Part shown: positions 26,677-36,639 of the stretch, one piece after another
How the letters are laid out: each line of letters starts with the position of its first letter
Position numbering within the stretch: the first letter of the stretch is position 1
Assembly: GCA_963738405.1 (NCBI GenBank)
Contig: CAVTWJ010000002.1
Location: forward strand, 96,001 to 160,000
Direction: 5' to 3'
Length of the DNA: 64,000 nt
From: a candidate division FCPU426 bacterium
GTDB lineage: Bacteria; Oederibacteriota; Muellerivitia; Muellerivitales; Muellerivitaceae
Translations under genes and position numbers: made by a program
The notes under the pieces: generated by a model
The model's database searches: none
What the model was told of the DNA's origin: nothing
The model's input: only the letters and a program-made list of their open reading frames with translations

Positions 26677-28929
26677 CTACTTCACTTCAATCGGGCCCAG
26701 CGGGCCATCATATAAACCAGCGCCCCCCGTCATGTTATAGACACGGATGGCAATCACGTTGTCTTCCCCAAAACGAATGGCCGAAGCCGGAACCTCGTAA
26801 TGGCGTTCCTGGTTCCAGGCGGTTTGGGCGTTGGGCGGCAGGCCCCCCATATGACCGATTTCTTCACCGTTCCAATAGGTGGCGTCCGCATCGTCAATCT
26901 TGCCAAAGGGGATCAGGAGGGAATGCCCTTTCCATTCCGCCGGAATATAGAGGTGCTTCCGGTACCAGCCGTAGCAATTTTCGCATTTATAGCCTTGGTC
27001 TTCCCACTTCGCCGGTAACTTTACCTTGTCCCAGGCCTGGTCGTCAAAACCCGGATTTTGCCAGGCGAGATCATCCCCTTTGGAAAAAAGCCATTCACCC
27101 GTGAGGTCAATGGAGGGCAAGGCCACTTGCCATTGGAAAGAAACGTTGGTGGTCGGCCCTTGAGGAAGATACATAAAACTCGCCGTATTAATACCAGCCT
27201 TGGGATTCTCGTAGGAAAAGTTGAAAGATTGGAGGGATTTCCCTCCGACCGTCACTGGTTTTGAATCCACCTTTTCACCGTCAACCGCAAACTCAACCTC
27301 TTTAACCATTTCGTTTGGGTCGTAGTTTTGGATAAACCCTCCGACGGTTAAACTGTTCCCCTGGACTTGGGGTTTGACACCGCCCATGAGAAACCCGCTT
27401 AATTCCAACTTATAAACTATGGGATCACTTCCCGCTTTGGCGGGCGGAGAAAGAACCAAGGCCTGGCTTTGGCGGTCCCACTTCATTTCTTCCGCAGAGC
27501 CAAGCAAAGATACCTTTTTAATTTCCAGGTCAGGACAGGCAATAAGGCCCAAATGAGCGAGGGTTAAAGGTTTGGTAGGCGGCACCATGCAAAAGACGTA
27601 AAGAACATTTCCCTTTCGGGTATATCGCACATCCCCTTCCTGGTACTTCACGTCCATCTCGCTAAACTTTCCTCCTTCAACGTTTGTGGGACCCTCACCA
27701 AAGGTCACCCAGGGACGAGTTCCATAGATGGCCTCGCCGTTCACTTTCAACCAATCGCCAATTTGAAGAAGAATCTTTTCTTGTTCTTCCGGAATGGTGC
27801 CGTCAGGCTTGGGCCCGATATCCAAAAGCAGGTTCCCATTACGGCTCACCGTGTCGATGAGGGTGCGGATCAAGTATCCCGCGTCTTTGAGCGAGTCGTC
27901 GTTTAGGTAGGCCCATGACCGCCAGCTCACCGAGGTGTCTGTTTGCCAGGGCACCGGATTAATACCGGGAAGTTTTCCCTTTTCCACATCCTGAACCGAG
28001 GCGCCCGGCACGAAGGCTTTGTCCTTGGTGTTCAGGACCACACCTTCCTTCCATTGCGCCGCACGGTCGTAATAGTAGGCGGCGAATTTACGAACATAGG
28101 GATCGAATACAGGCTTCTCGCCGATCCACCAGTCGAAATACACCAATTGAGGGTGATATTTGTCCACCAACTCGGTAGAACGGGCCAGCCAATTGTTCAG
28201 GTACTCGTCATTGGGCGCCGTATCATCCGGCTGGGCAGGGCCGTAAAAATCGGCGTACTTGGGGTTTTGGACGTCTGAATCAAATTTCATGCCCCCATTC
28301 ATGAACCACCAATGTTCCGCCCGGTGGGAGGAAAGCCCGAAAACCAACCCTTGGGATCGCACCGCCTTGGCCAATTCACCGATCACGTCCCTCTTGGGGC
28401 CCATCTTTTTCGCCGTCCATTTCGAAAAACCGGAGTCATACATGGCGAACCCATCATGGTGCTCGGCCACCGGCACCACATACTTCGCCCCCGCTTCTTT
28501 AAATACTTTCGCCCAGTGGGCTGGATCGAATTTCTCAGCCTTGAAGAGGGGGATAAAATCCTTATAGCCGAACTTGGATTGGTCGCCATAAGTGGCCAAG
28601 TGATGCTTGAAGGCATCATCGCCCTGCTGGTACATGTTTCGGGAATACCACTCATTGGCGTAAGCGGGCACCGAATAGAGACCCCAATGGATGAAGATGC
28701 CGAATTTGGCGTCCCGGTACCAACCGGGCGCTTGGTAACCCTTGAGGGATTCCCATTGATCCTTGAAAGCATCGGCCCGGATAACCGAATCAACCTTCTT
28801 CACTTGGCTTTTCACTTTTTTCTGGGTATCGGATGATTCCCACTTGAGATCCTCGGAAAAGGCCTTTAGGGGAATGGCCATGCAAACCACCGCAAGGATA
28901 AAAAAGTTTTTCGCTCGCTGAAACTTCAT
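26677..28929 (-). CDS. GH29 alpha-L-fucosidase with C-terminal sugar-binding beta-sandwich
   Basis: AKFGIFIHWG, AEHHDGF, VYFDWW, NGNLLLDIGP, WLKVNGEAIYGTRPW; C-terminal GWYRK..IDDAD domain; start ATG 28929. Confidence 0.92.
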   Translation of the reverse strand: MKFQRAKNFFILAVVCMAIPLKAFSEDLKWESSDTQKKVKSQVKKVDSVIRADAFKDQWESLKGYQAPGWYRDAKFGIFIHWGLYSVPAYANEWYSRNMYQQGDDAFKHHLATYGDQSKFGYKDFIPLFKAEKFDPAHWAKVFKEAGAKYVVPVAEHHDGFAMYDSGFSKWTAKKMGPKRDVIGELAKAVRSQGLVFGLSSHRAEHWWFMNGGMKFDSDVQNPKYADFYGPAQPDDTAPNDEYLNNWLARSTELVDKYHPQLVYFDWWIGEKPVFDPYVRKFAAYYYDRAAQWKEGVVLNTKDKAFVPGASVQDVEKGKLPGINPVPWQTDTSVSWRSWAYLNDDSLKDAGYLIRTLIDTVSRNGNLLLDIGPKPDGTIPEEQEKILLQIGDWLKVNGEAIYGTRPWVTFGEGPTNVEGGKFSEMDVKYQEGDVRYTRKGNVLYVFCMVPPTKPLTLAHLGLIACPDLEIKKVSLLGSAEEMKWDRQSQALVLSPPAKAGSDPIVYKLELSGFLMGGVKPQVQGNSLTVGGFIQNYDPNEMVKEVEFAVDGEKVDSKPVTVGGKSLQSFNFSYENPKAGINTASFMYLPQGPTTNVSFQWQVALPSIDLTGEWLFSKGDDLAWQNPGFDDQAWDKVKLPAKWEDQGYKCENCYGWYRKHLYIPAEWKGHSLLIPFGKIDDADATYWNGEEIGHMGGLPPNAQTAWNQERHYEVPASAIRFGEDNVIAIRVYNMTGGAGLYDGPLGPIEVK

Positions 28930-29335
28930 GGATGCCCCTTGAGAAATGGATTCTCCCCGCCGACCCCTGCTCGAAGAACACCATTTAAACGCAAACAAAT
29001 CATTCCATGCTCCTTTTTTTCAAGGAACCCATTCCATCCAAAAAGAATCCAAACAAATCAGTTAAACGAGGAAGAAAATGAAACAGACCGAAACCTTTTC
29101 AATCCTTTTTCAGTGCCAACCAGAATTTTCACGGGGCACCTCCGCCCTTTTCATCAAAGCCCTTTTCTCTTGGTTAAAGAGGGGCTTTACTTCATTCCAC
29201 GGTATCTTCTTTGGTGGTATGATTAATTCGTTTTGGCGTACTTGAAGCAAATCTCAACCCCGCCCAATGAGTAAATCGATCAGGGCCTAACGGGGCTGTT
29301 GAAATCCGGCGCAAGACCATCCGCGGAGGAAAATA

Positions 29336-31744
29336 ATGGGACGTTTGAAGAAATTGATTTATGTGGCTGAAGCCAGCATCCTGATCGCCGCCGTTATTGT
29401 CGGCTGTACCAGAAACCTCCCTCCCCTAGCGCCAACTCAAATATTGCCCGAGCCCGGTGTTTGGAACATTGTCTTCGGCCCTCCCTCCAGCACCTCTACG
29501 AATGTCACGATTACCCAATCCGGAAACAACGTAACCGTGACCGGCAACATCGGCGGAACCCCCATTACCCTGACCGGAACGGTCTCGGGCAATAACATCA
29601 ACTTAACCAACGGCAGCAGCATGACCATTACCGGAACCCTCTCAGGCACCCAAACGACCGGAACCTCTATTTCGGGCAATTACACCTCCACCGGTATTCC
29701 CACAATCTCCAGCGGAACCGCGACTGGAACTTTCGTCGGCCCCATCACCAACACACCCACCACCAGCCCGACCCCGTCCGTGACGGCGACAACCACCCGA
29801 ACCCCCACAGGAACTTCAACCGCCACCCCAAGCGGGCCTACCAACACCCCAACTTCATCTTCAACACCCACCAGCACGGGAACCCCCACTTTGACTGCCA
29901 CCGTTACCAACTCCCCGACGGACACCCCCACTTTAACTATTACGGATACTCCAACTGTCACGAACAGCCCCACCGTGACGCCAAGTCCCACGGTCACCGA
30001 TTCACCCACCGTGACTTCTTCGCCGACTGACACTTTGTCCGTTACGTCAACGGGCACGGACACCCCGACCCAGCAAAACACTTCTACTTCGACATCTACC
30101 GGCACTCCCACTTTGACCAGCACTCCAGGTGTCACCTTGACGCCCTACGCCAACGTCACCCCCTGCGCCTCGAGCCCTTCGACTTTCCAAACGAATTACG
30201 ACTTCACCAACGGGATTCAATGCTGGACAGCGAAGGTGGATACCGGGACCAATTACATCACCGGATTCGGTACGACGAGCCTGGTCCAATACACAGGGCA
30301 AAGCGTACTGGCGGTATCCGTCAGCAACCCCACCGGGAGCCCGGTGACGGTCTCCATTGATTTCATAGAGGCCACCTCAGCGGCCGAAGTCCTGACCGGC
30401 GGGAGCGTCACGGCCTACGCCAGGATCGATTCGAACTTGACGGTCGCCGGCCCCCAAGCCCAGATCTATAGCATCGGCGGCGCCCCCGGATACGGTTATG
30501 ACGACTCCAACAACAATTGGCCGTCGGTTACTTCCTCAGGCTGGGCCCAAATCATTGAAAACGGCGTGGGGAACGCGAATTCCCAACAACTCGGGGTGCA
30601 GGTGTATAACGTCGCGGTCCCCGCCAACTCCTCGGGCAACATTTACCTTGCCGACGTGTCCCTAAATATTCCACCGGCTTCGACTCCCACCATGACCCCC
30701 AGTCCGACCGTCACAAGTACCCCGGGCGGGCCTACAGCCACCGCCACAAGCACCACGGTGAGTTCCGGTTGCACCCTTCTTTATGACTGCCAAGCCTTGG
30801 TGGAAAACAACTACAGTTGGGCGGCCGGGGCCAACGCCGCCATCAGTACGTCCTCGACATGGCATACCTACGGAACCCAGTCCATTGATTGCAATGTGAC
30901 GACGGGCAACACCTGGTGCAAGATCGCCAACATCAACAGCTTCTTCCCGATTTCAACCACCGGCATGACTCAAATCATCGCGGATGTGGATGTGGATGCC
31001 TCCATGGTTACCGGCAACGGCGGGTATGACCAATTGGTCTTGCAAACCAATGCAGGAAACACGTTAGCCACGGCTGCAATCGGACTTGCGGCAGGTGCAC
31101 AATCAGTCACTTTCACGGTCTCAGGAAGTGTTGCAGCGTCCATCAACGATTATGAGTTCATCTATCAATCCGGAGGAACCCCGACTGGAAATATCTACCT
31201 AGATAATATCCAGGTGGTCTTTACTGGCGCCTGTCCCACGCCGGTGCCTGATACTTATATCCAAGGTTGGAACTTCGAGGGTAATTCCCTCACGGATACC
31301 GTCGGCACTTGGGTCACGATCGGCGGCGCGGACCTCGGAATGAATTTGCTAGTCACACAACCGGGCGACTTAAGTAGTTATTGCGCCGATGTTACGGCCA
31401 ACTTTACGGCCGCCAACCAAACAGCTGGGATGATTATGGTCCCAGGCACCGCCATTGACGGGTCCTCTTTTACCGGAATCCGGGCTAGCTTTTGGATCGA
31501 TTCATCTTGCGCCCCCGGCCAGTACCCCAGCGGGGAGATTCAATTGGGAGATGGAACCAATTACCCCTCGAGTCCTTGGACCAATCTGACTCTGGGAGGA
31601 TGGACGACCATTACTTATCCAGTGTCAAGCTGGGGAACATTTACCACATCGAACATCAATATGGTTAAGGTGTTTGTGAACCTAGGCGGAGCCTCCGCGT
31701 TTGGTTCCGGCCATGTGAAATTCGATAACATCGAATTTTATTGA
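29336..31744 (+). CDS. Large Thr/Pro/Ser-rich surface lipoprotein with three CBM-like beta-sandwich domains
   Basis: Lipobox IVGC; ~130-aa TPT stalk with 6-aa units (SPTVT); domains ending IYLADVSL, IYLDNIQV, VKFDNIEFY; SD ggagg. Confidence 0.75.
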   Translation: MGRLKKLIYVAEASILIAAVIVGCTRNLPPLAPTQILPEPGVWNIVFGPPSSTSTNVTITQSGNNVTVTGNIGGTPITLTGTVSGNNINLTNGSSMTITGTLSGTQTTGTSISGNYTSTGIPTISSGTATGTFVGPITNTPTTSPTPSVTATTTRTPTGTSTATPSGPTNTPTSSSTPTSTGTPTLTATVTNSPTDTPTLTITDTPTVTNSPTVTPSPTVTDSPTVTSSPTDTLSVTSTGTDTPTQQNTSTSTSTGTPTLTSTPGVTLTPYANVTPCASSPSTFQTNYDFTNGIQCWTAKVDTGTNYITGFGTTSLVQYTGQSVLAVSVSNPTGSPVTVSIDFIEATSAAEVLTGGSVTAYARIDSNLTVAGPQAQIYSIGGAPGYGYDDSNNNWPSVTSSGWAQIIENGVGNANSQQLGVQVYNVAVPANSSGNIYLADVSLNIPPASTPTMTPSPTVTSTPGGPTATATSTTVSSGCTLLYDCQALVENNYSWAAGANAAISTSSTWHTYGTQSIDCNVTTGNTWCKIANINSFFPISTTGMTQIIADVDVDASMVTGNGGYDQLVLQTNAGNTLATAAIGLAAGAQSVTFTVSGSVAASINDYEFIYQSGGTPTGNIYLDNIQVVFTGACPTPVPDTYIQGWNFEGNSLTDTVGTWVTIGGADLGMNLLVTQPGDLSSYCADVTANFTAANQTAGMIMVPGTAIDGSSFTGIRASFWIDSSCAPGQYPSGEIQLGDGTNYPSSPWTNLTLGGWTTITYPVSSWGTFTTSNINMVKVFVNLGGASAFGSGHVKFDNIEFY

Positions 31745-31771
31745 GCGAATTTTAAATCTAGATTTCTTTTC

Positions 31772-31803
31772 AAGCGGCTCCGTCCAAAGCGGGGCCGCTT
31801 TTT
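31772..31803 (+). terminator. Intrinsic terminator
   Basis: aagcggctccg-tccaaag-cggggccgctt-ttt. Confidence 0.85.
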
Positions 31804-31858
31804 GTTTAAGGCCTGTTCTTTTTAAGACGTTGATTTTTCCTATATCTTTGGAGTCCCG

Positions 31859-34051
31859 ATGATTACCTTTAACCCTTCCTCTAAAACCTTTCGCCTAGAC
31901 GGCCAAAACTCCACCACCCTTTTGGCGGTCAACCCCCTGAGGGGGCTGGGCCACCTCCATTGGGGTTCTCCCCTTTCAAACGATGAAGAAGCAAAACTGG
32001 TCGAGGATTGGCTATTACTGACGAAGGACACCAGCCCCAACGCCAACCTGGATCTGATGAAGCGGGAATACGCCGATTTCGGACACAACGACTTGCGCTG
32101 TCCCGCCTTTATTCTTGAATATTCCAACGGATCGCGGATTACTGAATTCATCTATCATTCGCATGAAATACTCAACGGCAAGCCTCCCCTCCCTGGGCTC
32201 CCCTCCACCCTTGCCGAATCGGGTGACGGGGCCCAAACCCTCATCATCACCCTTAAAGACAATCCTTCTGGTTTGGAAATCGATCTTTTTTTCAGTCTCT
32301 ATCCCAGCCACAACATCCTGATCCGCCGAAGCCGACTGAGAAACACCGGCTCCCAACCTGTTCAGATTTTTAAATTCACGAGTCTGGGACTCGACCTTGA
32401 TGCGGGCGATTACCGCCTCGTGAGTTTCGGCGGCGCCTGGGCGAGGGAGCGCATGTTCCAGGAACGCTCTCTTTTACAGGGGATGGTCCGGCTGGAAAGC
32501 CGGAGGGGCATTTCCTCCCACGACATGAACCCCTTTGTCATGATCACCCGTGGCCCGGCGGACGAGGAACAAGGCGAGGTTTACGGATTGGCCCTTTCCT
32601 ACAGCGGCAACTGGCTGCTGGAAGCCGAGGTCAACCACTTGGGAGGCTTAAGGCTCAACATGGGTTTGAACGACTTTGGTTTTAGCTGGCAATTGGAAGC
32701 AGGCCAAGACTTCGATGCCCCCGAGTGCGTGACCGCCTATTCGCCGAAAGGTTATGGGGATTTAAGCCTGGCCCTACACCGGTTCGTCCGCGACCGTGTT
32801 TCAAGGGGAGCCTGGAGCCTAAAGGAACGGCCCATCCTTATTAACAACTGGGAAGCCACCTATTTCAACTTCACCCACGAGGATATTGTCCGAATCGGCA
32901 AAAGCGCTGCGGAGGCGGGAATCGAAATGCTGGTGTTGGATGACGGGTGGTTCGGAAAGAGGGATCAGGATAACACCTCTTTGGGCGACTGGTACGCGGA
33001 CCCCAAAAAACTTCCCCAGGGTATCGCCGGGCTCGCTCGGGAAATTCACGCTTTGGGGCTCAAGTTCGGGCTTTGGTTTGAGCCTGAGATGGTCTCACCT
33101 GAAAGCCAACTCTACCAAAAGCATCCCGGTTGGTGCCTGCATGCCCCGGGACGCCTGCGCAAAACCGCCCGTTGGCAGCTGGTACTGGACATGACCCGAA
33201 GCGAGGTTCGGGATTACCTCTTTGAGACCATCGGAAAAGTCTTGGAGGAAGGCCGGGTGGATTATGTGAAATGGGACATGAACCGTTCCCTAACCGAGGC
33301 CGAAAGCCTTTCCCTTCCCCCCGGCCGCCAGGGGGAGGTTTACCACCGCTACTGCCTGGGGGTCTACGAGCTGATGGAAAGATTCAACCAAAAGTTCCCC
33401 CATATCCTCTTTGAGGGCTGCGCGGGCGGGGGCGGCCGCTTTGACCTGGGACTCCTCAGCTACCAGCCCCAGATCTGGGCCTCGGACAACATGGATGGCT
33501 TGGACCGGCTCTTCATCCAGTACGGCACCAGCTTCGCCTATCCCGCCAACGCCCAAGGCTCCCATATCTCTTCTTCTCCCAACCACATCACCAAGCGGGA
33601 AACACCCCTCAAGTGGCGGGCCTTGGTGGCCATGTCGGCGAACATGGGTGTGGAGGCGGATATTTCCAAGTGGAGCGAAAAAGATCGCAAGGAACTGGCC
33701 GGATATGTGGCCCTATATAAAAAAATTCGCCCCCTAGTCCAATTCGGAGATTTTCACAGGCTGGAAGCCCCTTATCAATCATCCCGGGCCACTTGGATGT
33801 TCACGAGCGGAGATCAAAAAGAAGCCCTGCTTTTTGTTTTTCAAATCAAGCCGCCGGAAAAAGCGGAAAAAGTAAAACCAATCTGTCTCAGAGGCCTGGC
33901 ACCTAATTTTAATTATGAAATACAGGACGAGGGTTTGAACCTCAAAGGTTTCGAGTTAATGATCAAGGGCTGGATTCCAAAGGCCTTTCAAGCCGCTTCC
34001 ATCCCCGGGCCGTTCCATTGCGCCCTCTACCGCCTAACCGCCGGGAAATAA
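31859..34051 (+). CDS. GH36 alpha-galactosidase
   Basis: NNWEATYF, VLDDGWFG, FGLWFEPEMV, YVKWDMNR, EGCAGGGGRFDLG, WASDN. Confidence 0.95.
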   Translation: MITFNPSSKTFRLDGQNSTTLLAVNPLRGLGHLHWGSPLSNDEEAKLVEDWLLLTKDTSPNANLDLMKREYADFGHNDLRCPAFILEYSNGSRITEFIYHSHEILNGKPPLPGLPSTLAESGDGAQTLIITLKDNPSGLEIDLFFSLYPSHNILIRRSRLRNTGSQPVQIFKFTSLGLDLDAGDYRLVSFGGAWARERMFQERSLLQGMVRLESRRGISSHDMNPFVMITRGPADEEQGEVYGLALSYSGNWLLEAEVNHLGGLRLNMGLNDFGFSWQLEAGQDFDAPECVTAYSPKGYGDLSLALHRFVRDRVSRGAWSLKERPILINNWEATYFNFTHEDIVRIGKSAAEAGIEMLVLDDGWFGKRDQDNTSLGDWYADPKKLPQGIAGLAREIHALGLKFGLWFEPEMVSPESQLYQKHPGWCLHAPGRLRKTARWQLVLDMTRSEVRDYLFETIGKVLEEGRVDYVKWDMNRSLTEAESLSLPPGRQGEVYHRYCLGVYELMERFNQKFPHILFEGCAGGGGRFDLGLLSYQPQIWASDNMDGLDRLFIQYGTSFAYPANAQGSHISSSPNHITKRETPLKWRALVAMSANMGVEADISKWSEKDRKELAGYVALYKKIRPLVQFGDFHRLEAPYQSSRATWMFTSGDQKEALLFVFQIKPPEKAEKVKPICLRGLAPNFNYEIQDEGLNLKGFELMIKGWIPKAFQAASIPGPFHCALYRLTAGK

Positions 34052-34088
34052 GGGATTAAACCCGCCCCTATCTTGTCAAAAATTTCAG

Positions 34089-34805
34089 GTGCTACTCTCA
34101 TCGCAGGTCACTTGCTCAACATTTGAAAGAAGTTCCTTGAAACTATCTAACGAGCCCAATTCACCCGATTATCAATCTCCCGGCGAGGAATTAGCTAATG
34201 GCATCACCCACGGTGCCTCCGCAATTCTGGCTTGCGGGGGATCGGCGGTTCTCATCACATTGGCGGCTTTAAGGGGAACGGCCTGGCACGTGGTCAGCTT
34301 CAGCCTCTTTTCAGGAACCCTGATCCTTTTGTTCGTCATCTCCACCCTTTACCACAGTTTCCGGTCGCCCAAGGTGAAGTTTGTCTTTGAGGTCCTGGAC
34401 CATTCCTCCATTTTCCTTTTGATCGCCGGGACCTATACACCCTTCGCCCTCATTACCCTGCACGGGGCCCTGGGCTGGACCCTTTTTGGAATTATTTGGG
34501 GATTGGCGGCGGGGGGAATCGTCATGAAGGCCTTTTGGACCGGGCGCTTCAACCTGGCTTCCACCCTGCTTTACCTGGGGATGGGATGGATGATCGTGGC
34601 GGCGGGCAAACCCCTCCTGGCGTCGCTGCCCATGGGAGGGGTGGAACTTCTGATCACGGGGGGAGTTTGTTACAGCCTCGGGACGATCTTTTATCTATGG
34701 GAAAAGCTTCCCTACCATCACGCCATCTGGCACCTTTTCGTCCTAGCCGGGGCGCTTTGCCACTACTTCACGATCCTTATTTATGTTTTGCCGCAAAGGG
34801 TCTAG
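34089..34805 (+). CDS. Hemolysin III / PAQR family membrane protein
   Basis: EELANGITHG, STLYH, DHSSIFLLIAGTYTP, HAIWHLFV; true start probably slightly downstream. Confidence 0.92.
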   Translation: MLLSSQVTCSTFERSSLKLSNEPNSPDYQSPGEELANGITHGASAILACGGSAVLITLAALRGTAWHVVSFSLFSGTLILLFVISTLYHSFRSPKVKFVFEVLDHSSIFLLIAGTYTPFALITLHGALGWTLFGIIWGLAAGGIVMKAFWTGRFNLASTLLYLGMGWMIVAAGKPLLASLPMGGVELLITGGVCYSLGTIFYLWEKLPYHHAIWHLFVLAGALCHYFTILIYVLPQRV

Positions 34806-34819
34806 TTCCACAGGACGTA

Positions 34820-35110
34820 TCAATCGGCGGAGGAAATCACCGATGTTCCGACTTCGCTTTTTAATTTTCCCAATTTGATGAATTGAACGGTGTTGGTGAT
34901 TAAAAAGTAGCCCGTGTAAAAGAAGGACTTGATCCCCCACCAGCCCAAAAAGAGATTGGTGAGGAAGGTGGACCAGAAGGTGGATTGGACGCATTTTTTG
35001 CAGAAAAGGCCCCGGCAGGCTTTGCGGATATGCATGATGATCAGCCCGATATTCTGCTGAAAGTTTACTTCGTAAAGAGGCGCTTCCTTACCGCACTTGG
35101 TGCATTGCAT
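34820..35110 (-). CDS. Small zinc-ribbon membrane protein
   Basis: CxxC...CxxC followed by hydrophobic 'LFLGWWG' segment; SD gaggagg. Confidence 0.7.
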   Translation of the reverse strand: MQCTKCGKEAPLYEVNFQQNIGLIIMHIRKACRGLFCKKCVQSTFWSTFLTNLFLGWWGIKSFFYTGYFLITNTVQFIKLGKLKSEVGTSVISSAD

Positions 35111-35276
35111 AACCCCTCCTCGAGTCCTTCTGAATGGTCCAACCCACGCCTTATTTTAAACCTAATATTCAGAAAATGTTAAAATGGGAAAAACCCTTAT
35201 TTTCGAACCTTTTATCCTTCTCTCTCCTTGTACCCACCATTAAGATGACAACGTTTGATTCGGCGGGAGGAAAACC

Positions 35277-35684
35277 ATGAAAAACACTACGGAAGAGATG
35301 GCCAGCCATTTGGAATTTTTAGGCTACACCATCCAAAAACCCCAGAAGAAAGAACCTAAAAACCCTCAGATCTACGCGGCCACCCACGCCAAAAAATGGA
35401 ACCTTGTATTTTGGGAAATCGCTCCCGAATTGGTGATGTTTCAAGTTTCCATCGCCATTGCCAAAAAGCAAACCAAGGAAATGGACGCGTGCGTCAACCG
35501 AGCCAACGAAAAATTATTTATCGCGAAGACCTATTACTATCTGGCGGATAAAAAAATAACCCTAAGGTTCGAGGCTTTCTACACGGGCCAATATTCCAAA
35601 AGCATTTTCGGGGCTTTCATTGACGCGCTGCTCAACGATGTCCAAACCTTCAGACTTCAGGACTCTCAAAACGCTTTTTATTAA
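35277..35684 (+). CDS. Hypothetical protein, possibly YbjN-like fold
   Basis: SD ggagg; 'LEFLGY', 'VNRAN' pattern and size are compatible; fold call is tentative. Confidence 0.55.
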   Translation: MKNTTEEMASHLEFLGYTIQKPQKKEPKNPQIYAATHAKKWNLVFWEIAPELVMFQVSIAIAKKQTKEMDACVNRANEKLFIAKTYYYLADKKITLRFEAFYTGQYSKSIFGAFIDALLNDVQTFRLQDSQNAFY

Positions 35685-35727
35685 GTCTTCGAAGGGTATT
35701 TGCCGATAGGCGGGATTGAGACCGGTT

Positions 35728-36639
35728 TTAGTTTTTCGCGAACACCGTCAGGGGCGTGACCGCCAGAATCGCGGTATAGTCCGGCACCAAGACATATAGG
35801 CTTTTACCCTGAACGCGAACCTGGCAATTCTTCGCTTTTAAAAAATCCACCGCGTATTTCTTCCCATAAATGAACCCCACACTCGTTTCGGTGGCGTAGA
35901 AAAGACCCGACTTTTCAGAAAAAGCCAGGCTTTGGACATTTCCAGCTATACCCGTCGGAAGCAGGGATAGTTTCCCATTTTCATACATCAAGATTCCTTG
36001 GTTTTGAGCCAAGAAAGTCAGGGTGCCGTTGCCGGCGATGGCGCTGGGGACGAAATCCGTCACAAGAACCTGATGGATCTTGGAAGCCTTGGGATCGGGC
36101 AACACGTAATAAATCTCGCATTTTTTTGTCGTGGGGTTCACGCCTGACAAATAAAACCCAGTCCGGGTCGCGTCGAACAACCGCACATTGTCCAGTTTGA
36201 AACGTAGGATGGGGACCAGTTCCATGATGGGAAACAAATCTTTGGTATGGGCGAAAACTTTCGTGGATTGAGTGGCATAGGCGACGCCATGGGAGGTTCC
36301 AAAAAACGCAGCCCCCGTTCCCATGTAGCAAACATCGCTGAAAACGCCGCTGGTACCGAAAGTAATCTGCTTCAAGGGTTCTGTCAGGTATTGGGAACCG
36401 AAACTCATCCAAATTTGGGCGTTCGTGTCGATGCCGAAGGAATCGGCCAGGCCCTTTTCGGGCGCTTTGGGATTTGGGGGGATGACCCAGTGGGACGTGA
36501 GGCCCTTTAACTGAACAGGAACCTTAAATTGAACATCGGTTGGTGTATCCTGCGCCCTTAACCCCAAAGCCAAGCTGAAAGTTCCTAGGCACAACAATAA
36601 GGCAAAACATCTAAGGAGCCGGACCGGGTTCAAAGTCAT
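35728..36639 (-). CDS. Secreted beta-rich (propeller-like) hypothetical protein
   Basis: Signal peptide; repeated short beta strands; ATGA overlap with upstream gene. Confidence 0.65.
   Translation of the reverse strand: MTLNPVRLLRCFALLLCLGTFSLALGLRAQDTPTDVQFKVPVQLKGLTSHWVIPPNPKAPEKGLADSFGIDTNAQIWMSFGSQYLTEPLKQITFGTSGVFSDVCYMGTGAAFFGTSHGVAYATQSTKVFAHTKDLFPIMELVPILRFKLDNVRLFDATRTGFYLSGVNPTTKKCEIYYVLPDPKASKIHQVLVTDFVPSAIAGNGTLTFLAQNQGILMYENGKLSLLPTGIAGNVQSLAFSEKSGLFYATETSVGFIYGKKYAVDFLKAKNCQVRVQGKSLYVLVPDYTAILAVTPLTVFAKN

Noticed and set aside
34089..34805. Hemolysin III as a virulence toxin
   Set aside because: The family is widespread and generally linked to membrane homeostasis; nothing here supports a toxin role
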